Made by a program: the position numbers and the translations under genes. A DNA stretch of 64,000 nt from Candidatus Fervidifonticultor secundus. Lineage in GTDB: Bacteria > Sysuimicrobiota > Sysuimicrobiia > Sysuimicrobiales > Humicultoraceae. The notes under the pieces are model-generated. The model did no database searches, was not told the origin of the DNA, and worked only from the letters and a program-made list of their open reading frames with translations. Numbering within the stretch: position 1 is the stretch's first letter; each line of letters starts with the position of its first letter. Of this stretch, positions 18,748 to 28,383 are shown one piece after another. The DNA lies in contig JAVKIP010000014.1 in NCBI GenBank assembly GCA_031459385.1, positions 13,717 through 77,716 of the forward strand, written 5' to 3'.

Positions 18748-19410
18748 TCAGACGTCGGCGCCCAGCAGTCCCCGCCGCAGCGCGTAGCGCACCAGCTCGG
18801 CGCGCGTGCGCAGCTCCAGCTTCTCGAGGATGCGCGCGCGGTAGGTCTCGACGCTCTTGGGGCTCAGGTAGAGCCGTTTGGCGATCTCGCGCGCCGTGTA
18901 GCCTGCGGCGACCAGCTTCAGGACCTCGCGTTCCCGCTCGGAGAGCCGGTCGTAGCCGTCCTGTTCCTCCCCGACCTGCACACGCGCCACGAAGTCCTCC
19001 AGCAGGGCGCGCGTGGCAGTGGGGTGGAGGTAGGCGCCCCCTGCCGCCACGGTGCGGATGGCGGCGATGAGCTCAACGTCGGCCGCGGTCTTGTTGACGT
19101 ATCCCGCGGCACCGGCCTTCAGCACGGGGAACAGGTAGCGCTCCTGGGCGTGCACGGTGAGGATCAGGACGTGGGTGTTGACGCCGAGGTCGCGGATCTG
19201 TCGCGTCGCCTCCAGGCCGTCCATCTCCGGCATGCCGATGTCCATCACCACCACGTCCGGGCGCACCTGGGCGGCCATCGCCACGGCCTCGCGGCCCGTG
19301 GAGGCTTCGCCGACTACCGCCATGTCGGGTTCGTGCTCGAGCAGTGCCCGCAGTCCGGCGCGCAGCACCGGGTGGTCGTCGGCCAGCAGCACCCGAATCC
19401 GGTCAGTCAC
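18748..19410 (-). CDS. NarL/LuxR-family (NreC-like) response regulator
   Basis: LADDH, MDIGMP, GYVNK, LSEREREVL...LSPKSVETYRARILEKL; GTG 19410 with GGAGG. Confidence 0.95.
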   Translation of the reverse strand: MTDRIRVLLADDHPVLRAGLRALLEHEPDMAVVGEASTGREAVAMAAQVRPDVVVMDIGMPEMDGLEATRQIRDLGVNTHVLILTVHAQERYLFPVLKAGAAGYVNKTAADVELIAAIRTVAAGGAYLHPTATRALLEDFVARVQVGEEQDGYDRLSEREREVLKLVAAGYTAREIAKRLYLSPKSVETYRARILEKLELRTRAELVRYALRRGLLGADV

Positions 19411-20524
19411 GGCCGGTGCCTCCTGCGCCACCGTCGTGCACCGGGGCCCAGGCCGTGATGGTGGTGCCGGTGCCCGGCGCCGAGCGCACCTCGAGGCGTC
19501 CCCCGACCAGCGCGATGCGCTCGGCCATCCCGGCCAGCCCCAGCCCGCCGGCGTTCCCGTTGCCCGCGGCTGGCGTCGCGGGCAGCCCCCGCGTGGGCCC
19601 GGCGCGGGCTGGATCGAAGCCGATGCCGTCGTCGGAGACTTCCAGGGACACGCCGTCCGGCCCGCGGCGCAGACATACGTCGGCCCGCGTCGCCTGGCCG
19701 TGGCGGCGTGCGTTGGTCAGGGCCTCCTGGGCGATGCGGTAGAGCGCCAGCTCGATCTCTGCCGGCAGCCGCCGGTCGAGGCCCGTCGCCGCCACCGTGA
19801 CGCGCATGCCGCCGGCAGCGTTGATCTCGTCCGCGTGAGCCGCCAGCGCCGCGGCCAGCCCCAGGTCGTCTAGCACCGACGGGCGCAGCTCCACCGCGAT
19901 GCGGCGCACGTCGTCCAGCGCGCGGGCGGTCAGCGCGCGCAGCTCGCGCACCCGCGCCCGGACCTGCGCTGGCTCACTCGCCTGGTCCAGCAGCCGCAGC
20001 CGCACCAGGAGCGAGGTGAGCGCCTGCGCCGCCTCGTCGTGCAGCTCGCGTGCGATGCGCCGTCGCTCCTCTTCCTGCGCGCGGAGGATCTGCCCCGGCA
20101 GGCGGCGGAGCTGCTCGGTGTGCTCGTCCAATGCGGCCACCATGTGGTCGAAGGTATCGGCCAGGTGTTCCAGGCGCTCGTCCCACAGGCCGTCGCGCGC
20201 GACGCGCACCCCGGTGGCGCCGGCGCGCACCGCGTCCACCGCGCGCTGCAGGTGCTCGAGCGGGCGCAACACCGCCCGCAGCACCAGGAAGTTGGCCAGG
20301 ACGCTGGCCGCCACGCCGGCCAAGAGGAAGCCAGCGATCAGCTCGTAGTGCGGCGACGACGGGTGGGTGGCGCCGTGCCGCACCGCAACCAGGGTGCCGC
20401 CGACGGCGCCGATCACGATGATGGCGGCATTGGCGCCCAGGATCCTGTGCAGAATGGGCACGCGCCGCCACAGCCCGGGCCACCAGCCCGTCCGCCTCAC
20501 GCGCGCGTCCCCCTGCAGGCCCAC
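19403..20524 (-). CDS. HisKA_3 sensor histidine kinase (2 TM, HAMP)
   Basis: EEERRRIARELHDE, RPSVLDDLGL, QEALTNARRH, DDGIGF, GLGLAGMAER. Confidence 0.93.
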   Translation of the reverse strand: MGLQGDARVRRTGWWPGLWRRVPILHRILGANAAIIVIGAVGGTLVAVRHGATHPSSPHYELIAGFLLAGVAASVLANFLVLRAVLRPLEHLQRAVDAVRAGATGVRVARDGLWDERLEHLADTFDHMVAALDEHTEQLRRLPGQILRAQEEERRRIARELHDEAAQALTSLLVRLRLLDQASEPAQVRARVRELRALTARALDDVRRIAVELRPSVLDDLGLAAALAAHADEINAAGGMRVTVAATGLDRRLPAEIELALYRIAQEALTNARRHGQATRADVCLRRGPDGVSLEVSDDGIGFDPARAGPTRGLPATPAAGNGNAGGLGLAGMAERIALVGGRLEVRSAPGTGTTITAWAPVHDGGAGGTGRD

Positions 20525-20533
20525 TGCCCGCGT

Positions 20534-21838
20534 CTACCCCGTGGCGGCCAGGCCGCCCGGTGCGATGCGCCGGTGCGCCTGCGCCACGAGCTGTTGCCGA
20601 TAGGCCTGCAGGTCGATGGGATACCGGGCGACGCCGTCGGCGATGGCCGCCTCGGCCACGGCCGGCGCCACCCAGACCAGGACCCGCGGGTCCAGGGGCT
20701 TGGGGAGGAAGTAGTCGGGGCCGAACGTCAGGCTCGCGAGCCCGTAGGCCTCGAGCACCGACAGCGGCACGTCCTCCTTCGCCAGCGCGGCCAGCGCCCG
20801 GGCCGCGGCGATCTTCATGCGCTCGGTGATGGCTCGCGCCCGCACGTCCAGGGCGCCGCGGAAGACGAAGGGAAACGCCAGCACGTTGTTCACCTGGTTG
20901 GGATCGTCGGACCGCCCTGTGGCCATGAGGACGTCGGGGCGCGCGGCCCGGGCCTCGGCGTACGAGATCTCCGGGTCCGGGTTGGCCATGGCGAAGATGA
21001 TGGGGCGGGCCGCCATGCGCTGCACCATCTCGGGCGAGACGATTCCGCCCACCGACAGGCCGACGAAGACGTCGGCGCCGTCCAGGGCCTCGGCCAGGGT
21101 GCGCGCGCGCGTCTCCACCGCGAATCGTTGCTTGTACGGGTTCATGTTGGTGGCGCGCCCGGCGTAGACCACGCCGGTGGTGTCCACCAGCATGGTGTGC
21201 TCGCGCGGCATGCCCAGCTCGACGAAGAACGCCGCCGTGGCGATGGCGGAGGCGCCGGCGCCGCTGATGACCGCGCGGACGCCGTGGAGGGGCTTGTCGG
21301 CCAGCTCCAGGGCGTTGAGCAGCGCGGCGCCGGTGACGATGGCGGTGCCGTGCTGGTCATCGTGGAACACGGGGATGTCCAGCAGGGCGCGCAGCCGTTC
21401 CTCGATGATGAAGCAGTCGGGGGCCTTGATGTCCTCCAGGTTGATGCCGCCGAACGTGGGGGTCAGCGCCCGCACGGTGCGGACCACGTCGTCGGGATCG
21501 GCGGCGTCGAGCTCCAGATCGAACACGTCGATGTCGGCGAAGGTCTTGAACAGCAGGGCCTTGCCTTCCATGACGGGCTTGGCTGCCAGGGGGCCGACGT
21601 TCCCTAGCCCGAGCACGGCCGTGCCGTTGCTGACCACGGCCACCAGGTTGCCCCGGGCCGTGTACCGGTACGCGGCGGCGGGGTCCAGATGGATCTCGCG
21701 GACCGCCTCGGCCACCCCGGGTGTGTACGCCAGGCTCAGGTCTCGCTGCCCGGCACAGGGCTTGGTGATGGAGATGGCCAACTTCCCCGGTCGTCCCCGG
21801 GCGTGATACTCCAGGGCTTCCTCACGGGTGATCTGCAC
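20534..21838 (-). CDS. NAD(P)-dependent malic enzyme (MaeB-type ME domain, no PTA domain)
   Basis: [44 protein letters not shown] 21838 with GGAGG. Confidence 0.93.
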   Translation of the reverse strand: MQITREEALEYHARGRPGKLAISITKPCAGQRDLSLAYTPGVAEAVREIHLDPAAAYRYTARGNLVAVVSNGTAVLGLGNVGPLAAKPVMEGKALLFKTFADIDVFDLELDAADPDDVVRTVRALTPTFGGINLEDIKAPDCFIIEERLRALLDIPVFHDDQHGTAIVTGAALLNALELADKPLHGVRAVISGAGASAIATAAFFVELGMPREHTMLVDTTGVVYAGRATNMNPYKQRFAVETRARTLAEALDGADVFVGLSVGGIVSPEMVQRMAARPIIFAMANPDPEISYAEARAARPDVLMATGRSDDPNQVNNVLAFPFVFRGALDVRARAITERMKIAAARALAALAKEDVPLSVLEAYGLASLTFGPDYFLPKPLDPRVLVWVAPAVAEAAIADGVARYPIDLQAYRQQLVAQAHRRIAPGGLAATG

Positions 21839-21901
21839 GGATGCGCCTCCAGGGCAACAGATTGCTCCTGTTTCAGCGTAGCGAGGGCGCGCCCGCGCTC
21901 C

Positions 21902-21976
21902 ATCGGGCAGGAGCCCGATTTTCCCCGGCGCCGGGACCACGGCGCGCGCCCGGCGTGGATCGGCTCGGCACCCGAT
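21902..21976. promoter_or_regulatory. Two regulon boxes in the divergent malic enzyme-TCS / usp promoter
   Basis: ATCGGG-caggag-CCCGAT 21902-21919 (minus -10 TACGCT, 21 nt); ATCGGC-tcggca-CCCGAT 21959-21976 (-10 TATCGT, 22 nt). Confidence 0.85.
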
Positions 21977-22041
21977 GGCCGACCGCGCCCGTCCAGCCTA
22001 TCGTCAAGATGGGTGGATGCACAAAGGATGGGGTGAGACCC

Positions 22042-22554
22042 ATGATGAAGCTGCAGCGCATTCTCGTGGGCACGGATATGTCAGAGGTCTCGCCGGCGCT
22101 GTATACGCTGGCGCAGACGCTGGCCCGCCAGTCCGGTGCGCATCTCGTCGTGGCGTATATCGCCGACCCCGAGGAGTACGACGAGATCCGCCGGGAACGG
22201 CCCATGGGCATCGACGAATTCGTTGATCGCTTCCGCACCAGCATCCTGGCGGACTTCGAGGACGCCACCGGCGGCCGCAAGCAGCCCGTCCAGGTCGAGG
22301 TGCGCATGCGGCAGCGGGGCGTGGCCGAGGATCTGCTGCAGGTCGCAGCCGACGTGCAGGCCGATCTGATCGTCGTCGGCACGCACGGCCGCACCGGCCT
22401 GCGGCGCGTCCTGCTGGGCAGCGTTGCCGAAGCGGTGGTGCGCCACGCCACCATGCCGGTGCTGGTGGTGCCGCAGGCGGCGGCGGTGCAGGCCGCGGTG
22501 CCCGCGGCGACGACCGCCGTGCCGGCGGGGACGGCGGGGAACCAGGGAGGCTAG
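22042..22554 (+). CDS. Universal stress protein
   Basis: RILVGTD, ADLIVVGTHGRTG, LLGSVAEAVVRHA. Confidence 0.93.
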   Translation: MMKLQRILVGTDMSEVSPALYTLAQTLARQSGAHLVVAYIADPEEYDEIRRERPMGIDEFVDRFRTSILADFEDATGGRKQPVQVEVRMRQRGVAEDLLQVAADVQADLIVVGTHGRTGLRRVLLGSVAEAVVRHATMPVLVVPQAAAVQAAVPAATTAVPAGTAGNQGG

Positions 22555-24200
22555 TCAAGCCCCCGGACGGTTCCGTCCCCGTCCAGGTCGATCTCCCATG
22601 CTCGCGGCCGTGCCGGGAGGGCGGGCATGGTCATGACGTCGCCCACCAGCACCAGGACGAACCCGGCGCCGCCTCGCACAGCGACCTCCCGTACCGGTAG
22701 CGTGAAGCCTTCGGGCACGCCGCGGATGTGGGGCCGGTCGGTGAGGGAGTACTGTGTCTTGGCAATGCACACCGGCAGGCGGCCGAATCCTCGGCGCTCG
22801 GCGTCCTCCAGCTGTCGCGCGGCTGTCTCCGCGAAGGCCACGCCTGCGGCACCGTAGATCTGCCGGGCCACGGCCTCGACCTTCGCGCGCAGCGGGGTGT
22901 CGGGACCGTAGAGCCGGCCGCCCTCCGGCAGCGGGCCGCGCGCCGCCGCCTCCTGCACCAGGCGCGCCAGGTCTTCGGCCCCGGCCCCGCCGGTGTGGTA
23001 CGCGTCACAGACGGCCGCCGGGACACCCTGCGCCCTGGCGGCGGCCAGGATGGCGTCGATCTCCCCGGCGGTGTCGGAGGCAAACCGGTTGACGCACACG
23101 ACCGGGCGCATCCCGAGCCGCTGCACGATCTGCACGTGGTGGCGCAGCTGCGGCAGGCCGGCCGTCACCGCCTCGAGGTCGGGAACGCTCAGGCGATCCG
23201 CCGCGGCGCCGCCGTGGTGTCGCAGCGCCCGGACGGTGACCACTACCACCGCAGCTGCGGGCTGCGGGCCGCCACAGGCGCCGACGACGTTTGCGAACTT
23301 CTCCGCCCCCAGATCGGCGCCGAAGCCCGCCTCGACCACGGCGAACTCCGCGAGGGCACGCGCCAGGCGCAGCGAGAGGAGCGAGCTCGTGCCGTGGGCG
23401 ATGTTCCCGAAGGGGCCGGCGTGGACCAGGGCGGGCCCGCCCTCCTGCGTTTGCACCAGGTTGGGCTGCAGCGCATCGCGCAGCAGGACGGCCATGGCGC
23501 CGGCGGCGCGCAGATCGTCGGCGGTGACTGGCGTTCCGTCCCGGGTCGTCCCCACGATGATGCGGCCCAGCCGCCGGCGCAGGTCGGCGTAGTCAGCGGC
23601 CAGCGCCAGCACGGCCATTACCTCGGAGGCGGCCGTAATGTCGAAGTGCTCCTCCCGCACTACGCCGCCCAGCCCGACCACGGCGTGGCGCAGGGCCCGG
23701 TCGTTCACGTCGAGCACGCGGCGGTGCGTCACCTGCCGGGGGTCCAGCAGCGGGTCGCGCCTGCGGTGGAGGTGATCGTCGAGCATGGCGGCCAGCAGGT
23801 TGTTGGCCGCGGTGACGGCGTGGAAGTCGCCGGTGAAGTGCAGGTTGATCGCGACGGCCGGCTCCACCGTGCATCGGCCGCCCCCGGTGGCGCCGCCCTT
23901 CATGCCGAAGACCGGACCCAGGGAGGGCTGCCGGAGACACAGCACGGTGCGCGCGCCCAGACGCCGCAGGCCCTGGGCCAGCCCGATGGCCGTCACGGTC
24001 TTGCCCTCGCCCGGCGGGGTCGGGGTGATCGCCGTGACCAGCACGACGTGGCCCCCGGGGCGGCTTGTGCGCCGCGCCAGGGCCTCCAGACGCACCTTGG
24101 CCGCGTGGAGGCCGTACGGGACGATCTCCGCCGGCTCGAGGCCAGCCTCGGCCGCGACTTCTGCGATCGGGCGCAGGACCCGCGGTAGTGTGGTGGACAC
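22551..24200 (-). CDS. fhs: Formate--tetrahydrofolate ligase
   Basis: TPPGEGKT, RQPSLGPVFGMKGGATGGG, INLHFTGD, HAGPFGNIAHG, CIAKTQYS; start approximate. Confidence 0.95.
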   Translation of the reverse strand: MSTTLPRVLRPIAEVAAEAGLEPAEIVPYGLHAAKVRLEALARRTSRPGGHVVLVTAITPTPPGEGKTVTAIGLAQGLRRLGARTVLCLRQPSLGPVFGMKGGATGGGRCTVEPAVAINLHFTGDFHAVTAANNLLAAMLDDHLHRRRDPLLDPRQVTHRRVLDVNDRALRHAVVGLGGVVREEHFDITAASEVMAVLALAADYADLRRRLGRIIVGTTRDGTPVTADDLRAAGAMAVLLRDALQPNLVQTQEGGPALVHAGPFGNIAHGTSSLLSLRLARALAEFAVVEAGFGADLGAEKFANVVGACGGPQPAAAVVVVTVRALRHHGGAAADRLSVPDLEAVTAGLPQLRHHVQIVQRLGMRPVVCVNRFASDTAGEIDAILAAARAQGVPAAVCDAYHTGGAGAEDLARLVQEAAARGPLPEGGRLYGPDTPLRAKVEAVARQIYGAAGVAFAETAARQLEDAERRGFGRLPVCIAKTQYSLTDRPHIRGVPEGFTLPVREVAVRGGAGFVLVLVGDVMTMPALPARPRAWEIDLDGDGTVRGLD

Positions 24201-24360
24201 CAGAGGCCCTCCTTCCGGTCGGCGCGCGTACCGGCGCCCTGTCGTGCGTGCGACGACTGCCCTCCGCCGCGCTCCGACGTCGGCTGGCCGGGCCCGCGCC
24301 GACTGGTGCGCCGTCAGGACCGCGTCGCGTTCAGGGTACGGAGCGCCCGCCCGTGGCGCC

Positions 24361-24378
24361 ATCGGGCGCGAGCCCGAT
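24361..24378. promoter_or_regulatory. Perfect regulon box centred between two divergent -10 elements
   Basis: ATCGGG-cgcgag-CCCGAT; TACCCT (minus, 24338-24333) and CATGCT (plus, 24401-24406) each 22 nt away. Confidence 0.85.
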
Positions 24379-24444
24379 TGGACACCGTCGGGGCCCGTGG
24401 CATGCTGGAGCCGACGAGCTCATCGTCCGGGAGGAGGGACGGGC

Positions 24445-24939
24445 ATGCAGTGCCGGGAGCGTCTCGAACGGATGCTCGTCGAAGCGGGAGTGCCGTTCCG
24501 GGTGCAGCCGCACCCCCTGGCCTACACGGCGCAAGAGGTGGCCGCCGCCACAGGCATGAGCGGGTACGACGTCGCCAAGGTGGTCATGGCCAGGGTTGAC
24601 GAGCGCCTGATCATGCTGGTCCTGCCGGCGGTCTACCGGGTGGATCTCGTGCGGCTCAAAGAGCAACTCCGCGCCGCCTCCGTCCGGTTGGCGGAGGAGA
24701 GCGAGTTCGCCTACATCTTTCCTGACTGCGAGGTGGGGGCGATGCCGCCCTTCGGGCAGCTGTATGGCGTTCCCGTCTATGTGGACTCGACGCTGACCGT
24801 GGACCGGGAGATCATGTTCAACGCGGGCACGCACCGCGAGACCATAATCATCGCCTACCAGGACTACGCGCGCCTGGTCCAGCCGCAGGTGCTGGACTTC
24901 ATCGTGCAGCCGGCGCGGACCGGGGGCCGGGCGGCCTGA
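24445..24939 (+). CDS. YbaK/EbsC-family aminoacyl-tRNA deacylase (paralog 1)
   Basis: AKVVM, FPDCEVGAMPPFG, FNAGTH; GGAGGAGG RBS. Confidence 0.9.
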   Translation: MQCRERLERMLVEAGVPFRVQPHPLAYTAQEVAAATGMSGYDVAKVVMARVDERLIMLVLPAVYRVDLVRLKEQLRAASVRLAEESEFAYIFPDCEVGAMPPFGQLYGVPVYVDSTLTVDREIMFNAGTHRETIIIAYQDYARLVQPQVLDFIVQPARTGGRAA

Positions 24940-25014
24940 CCACCGAGCGGTGGTCGGTCGGCCGAGCGGGTCGCCGATCCGTCCCTCACCCTGGGCGTCG
25001 GCCTACCTTCCGCC

Positions 25015-25989
25015 ATGCATCTCGCGCTGCTCGGCGACGTGATGCTCGGGCGGCTCGTCAACGAGGCGCTGGCCAGGGTGCCGCCCGACTACCCGTGGGG
25101 CGATGTGCTGCCTGTGCTGCGGGCGGCCGATGCCGTCATCGTCAATCTCGAGTGCGTGCTGGCTGACCGGGGCCGGCCGCAGCCCGGGAAGACGTTCACC
25201 TTCCGCTCCGATGCCAGGAACGTCGCCGTGCTGGCTGCGGCCGGCGTGCGAGCGGTGTCGCTGGCGAACAACCACACGCTCGACTACGGCGAGGCGGCGC
25301 TGCTGGAGTGCCTGACGGTACTGGACCGTGCGGGCATCGCCCATGCCGGTGCCGGCCGCACCCTGGAGGAAGCCCAGGCGCCGGCCACCATCCAGGTCGG
25401 CGGCGCGACGCTGGCACTGGTGGCCTGTACCGACAACGAGCCCGGCTGGGCGGCTGCGGCCGACCGGCCCGGCGTCTTCCACGTGCCCGTCGACGATCCC
25501 GACGGCCCCGCGTTTCGCGGGCTCCTGGCGCTGGTGGCGCAGGCGCGCGCCGCGGCCGACCTCGTCGTGGTGTCTGTGCACTGGGGGCCCAACTGGGGCG
25601 TGGCCCCGCCACCCGCGCACACAGAGGCCGGCAGGCGATTGATCGAGGCCGGCGCCGGCGTCGTCTACGGGCACTCGGCTCACATCGTGCGCGGTGCCGC
25701 GTGGTGGGGCGGCGGCCTCATCCTGTACAGCTGCGGCGACTTCATCGACGACTACGCCGTGGACCCGGTGGAGCGCAACGACTGGTCGTTCGTCTTCCTC
25801 CTGGACGCGGCCGGCGGCCGCGTACGCCGCGCGCGGCTCGTGCCGACCGTGATCCGTGACTTCCAGGCGCGTATGGCTCGCCCGCCGGAGCGAGAGGCGA
25901 TCCTGGCGCGGATGCACCGGCTGTGCGCCGACCTGGGCACCGAGACGCGCCGCAGCCGGGAGGGTCTCGAGCTCCCCGCGCCAGCATGA
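25015..25989 (+). CDS. CapA/PGA_cap-family metallophosphoesterase
   Basis: GDVMLGR, NLEC, LANNHTLDYG, VHWG, GHSAH, YSCGDF. Confidence 0.9.
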   Translation: MHLALLGDVMLGRLVNEALARVPPDYPWGDVLPVLRAADAVIVNLECVLADRGRPQPGKTFTFRSDARNVAVLAAAGVRAVSLANNHTLDYGEAALLECLTVLDRAGIAHAGAGRTLEEAQAPATIQVGGATLALVACTDNEPGWAAAADRPGVFHVPVDDPDGPAFRGLLALVAQARAAADLVVVSVHWGPNWGVAPPPAHTEAGRRLIEAGAGVVYGHSAHIVRGAAWWGGGLILYSCGDFIDDYAVDPVERNDWSFVFLLDAAGGRVRRARLVPTVIRDFQARMARPPEREAILARMHRLCADLGTETRRSREGLELPAPA

Positions 25990-26007
25990 CGGCGAATACA
26001 TTCCCCG

Positions 26008-26040
26008 CCCGATGGCGTGCTCCGGCGGATGCGCTATAGT
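26008..26040 (+). promoter_or_regulatory. Promoter of the ncRNA: CCCGAT half-box plus -10 TATAGT
   Basis: CCCGAT 26008-26013, 21-nt spacer, TATAGT 26035-26040, RNA 5' stem starts 7 nt later. Confidence 0.7.
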
Positions 26041-26047
26041 ATCATCT

Positions 26048-26216
26048 AGAGGAGCGCAGATCCGGCGGCGAAGTAGCCGAGTCAAACGCTCCGTACGTGG
26101 ACGCCGAGAGTCTGCGAAGTGTTCTTCGGGGGTAACTCCGGAGAACGGCTGGCGGACGGTAGGCGCCGGCGGCGGGGGCCGAAGACGGTGAAAAGTCACC
26201 GGACGAGCGCTCCTCT
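26048..26216 (+). ncRNA. Structured ~169-nt RNA, probable 6S RNA
   Basis: 5' AGAGGAGCGC pairs with 3' GCGCTCCTCT; second helix TCCGGCGGC/GTCACCGGA; purine-rich central bubble; long apical stem capped by a GTAA tetraloop (26121-26146). Confidence 0.7.
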
Positions 26217-26299
26217 TCCGTCTCGTCCGCGTCTGTCAGCGTGTGCCCTCGGATGTCGAGCTCTCGTCGGGCGCCGGGTAGAGGGGGGAGGGCAGGGCC

Positions 26300-26968
26300 A
26301 TGGCCCAGGAGCAGATGGTCAGTATCCCGGCCGACGGTGAGGTCCTGGAGGGTGGGCTGGCCCTACCCGTGCGGAGGGCGGGTCTGGTGCTCTTCGCCCA
26401 CGGCAGCGGCAGTAGCCGGCACAGCCCCCGCAATCGGCACGTCGCTCGCGCCCTGCAGCAGGCCGGGCTGGGGACGCTGCTCTTCGACCTGCTGACCGCT
26501 GCCGAGGAGGTCGAGGACGCCCGCACTGCGCGCCTGCGCTTCGACATTCCGTTGCTGGCGCAGCGGCTGATCGCGGCCACGGCGTGGGCGCAGACCGACC
26601 CGCGGACCCGCCACCTGCCCATCGGCTATTTCGGGGCCAGCACGGGCGCGGCGGCCGCGCTGGTCGCCGCTGCCGAACGGCCCGAGGGCGTCGGCGCCAT
26701 CGTCTCCCGGGGCGGCCGGCCCGATCTGGCAGGGGCGGCGCTGGGCCGCGTCCGCGCGCCGACGTTGCTGGTGGTCGGCGGACGCGACCTGGTGGTGCTG
26801 GACCTGAACCGGCAGGCCCTGGCGGCGTTGCAGGCGCCAGCCGAGCTGGCCATCGTGCCGGGTGCCGGACACCTGTTCGAGGAACCAGGCACCCTCGATG
26901 AGGTAGCGCGACTGGCGGCCGCGTGGTTCCGCCGTCACCTGGAAGGCCTACCCCGTCAGGTCGCGTAG
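26300..26968 (+). CDS. Dienelactone-hydrolase-like alpha/beta hydrolase (Rv0571c C-domain-like)
   Basis: FAHGSGSSRHSPRN, YFGASTG, VSRGGRPDLA, GAGHLFEEPG. Confidence 0.88.
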   Translation: MAQEQMVSIPADGEVLEGGLALPVRRAGLVLFAHGSGSSRHSPRNRHVARALQQAGLGTLLFDLLTAAEEVEDARTARLRFDIPLLAQRLIAATAWAQTDPRTRHLPIGYFGASTGAAAALVAAAERPEGVGAIVSRGGRPDLAGAALGRVRAPTLLVVGGRDLVVLDLNRQALAALQAPAELAIVPGAGHLFEEPGTLDEVARLAAAWFRRHLEGLPRQVA

Positions 26969-28299
26969 GACCTCCAGCCGGTTGGGCCGCCGCAGCTGAT
27001 GGGCGCGAGCGGCATCTCCTGCATCGGGATGCGCTCCGCCTCGTGGAAGGCCTTCATCCGCGCCGCCTGGTCGGCCGTCTTCGTCGTAGCCTCGATCAGC
27101 CGGTCATAGGCCGGATTGGACCACCGCCCTTCGTTGAAGGACGATCCGGTGAAGAACATGTCCAGGAAGGTCTTGGGGTCGCGGTAGTCGCCGATCCACC
27201 CCGCCCGTGCGATGTCGAAGTTGCTTTGCTGGCGGCTCTGCAGGTAGACCTTCCACTCCTGGTTGGTCAGGTTGACCTGGATGCCCAGCGTCTGGCGCCA
27301 CATCTCCTGGATCGCCTCGGCGATGGTCTTGTGACGCTGGGAGGTGTTGTAGAGGATCGTCAGGGTGGGGAAGCCGCGGCCAGCCGGGAACCCGGCCTCG
27401 GCCAGCAGCTTCCTGGCCGTCGCCGGATCGTAGACCGGCGCCAGGGCCCCGCCCGCCTGGCGGAAGTCCGTCCCGGCCACGACGATGCCCGGCGGCACGA
27501 ACGCCGTCGCTGGCTTCTCACCCGCTCGGGTGATGCGCGCGGTGATCAGCGTGCGGTTGATGGCGTAGGCCAGCGCCTTGCGGACCCGCACGTCGTCCAG
27601 CGGCTTCCGCGTCGTGTTGAAGAGGTAGTAGTAGGTACCGATGTAGGGCATGGCTTTGAAGTCGCCGGTCTTCTGCGGCCGCGGGATGTCCGCCACGGGC
27701 ACGTTGGACGAGCCGTCGAGCTGCCCGGCCTCGTACTGGGCCAGCGCCGTGCTCTCGGCCTCGATCATCGCGAACTCGATGCGCTGCAGCTTGATCCTGG
27801 CCGCGTCCCAGTAGCGGGGGTTCTTCTCCACCACGATCCGGTTCTGGCGCGTCCACTCCTTGAGGACGAACGGCCCGTTGCCTACGAAGGTGTCGGCCCG
27901 GCTGGCCCAGGTGGGCGTGGCGGCGACTACGGCCCGCGGGACCGGCATGAGCGTGTGGAAGGAGAGCAGGTCGCCGAAGAATGGCGTGGGGCTCTCCAGA
28001 GTGACGACCAGGGTTCGCGCATCGCGGGCCTTCACGCCGACCTGGGCGGGGTCGGCGATCTTGCCGGTGTTGTAGGCCTTGCCGTTCTTGATGTAGTAGA
28101 GCTGGTACGCGTACTCCGACGCCAGCTTGGGATCCAGTACGCGCTTCCAGGCGTACTCGAAGTCCGCGGCGGTGACCGGCTGTCCGTTCGACCACCGGGC
28201 CGCCCGCAGGAAGAAGGTCCACGTCAGGCCGTCCCGCGAGACCTCCCACCGCTCCGCCATGCCGGGCACCAGCCGTCCGCGGGCATTGCGCTGCGTGAT
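26956..28299 (-). pseudogene. Internal fragment of an OppA-like peptide-binding protein
   Basis: Homology starts at ITQRNARGRLVPGMAERW with no signal peptide or start, and ends at MPLAPIS; WSNGQPVTAADF, NGPFVL, RAGWIGDY present. Confidence 0.8.
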
Positions 28300-28323
28300 A
28301 GGGAGCCGGGCACAGGGGATGAC

Positions 28324-28341
28324 ATCGGGCGCCGACCCGAT
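28324..28341. promoter_or_regulatory. Perfect regulon box next to the oppA fragment
   Basis: ATCGGG-cgccga-CCCGAT. Confidence 0.75.
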
Positions 28342-28383
28342 TCGGCCCGGGGCTCATCGGGCGGGACCGCGCCGGTCGGGGGG

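Noticed and set aside
26048..26216. The RNA read as SRP RNA, tRNA or an RNase P fragment
   Set aside because: Lacks the SRP domain IV GGAA/AGCAG motif, a cloverleaf, and RNase P length and conserved regions
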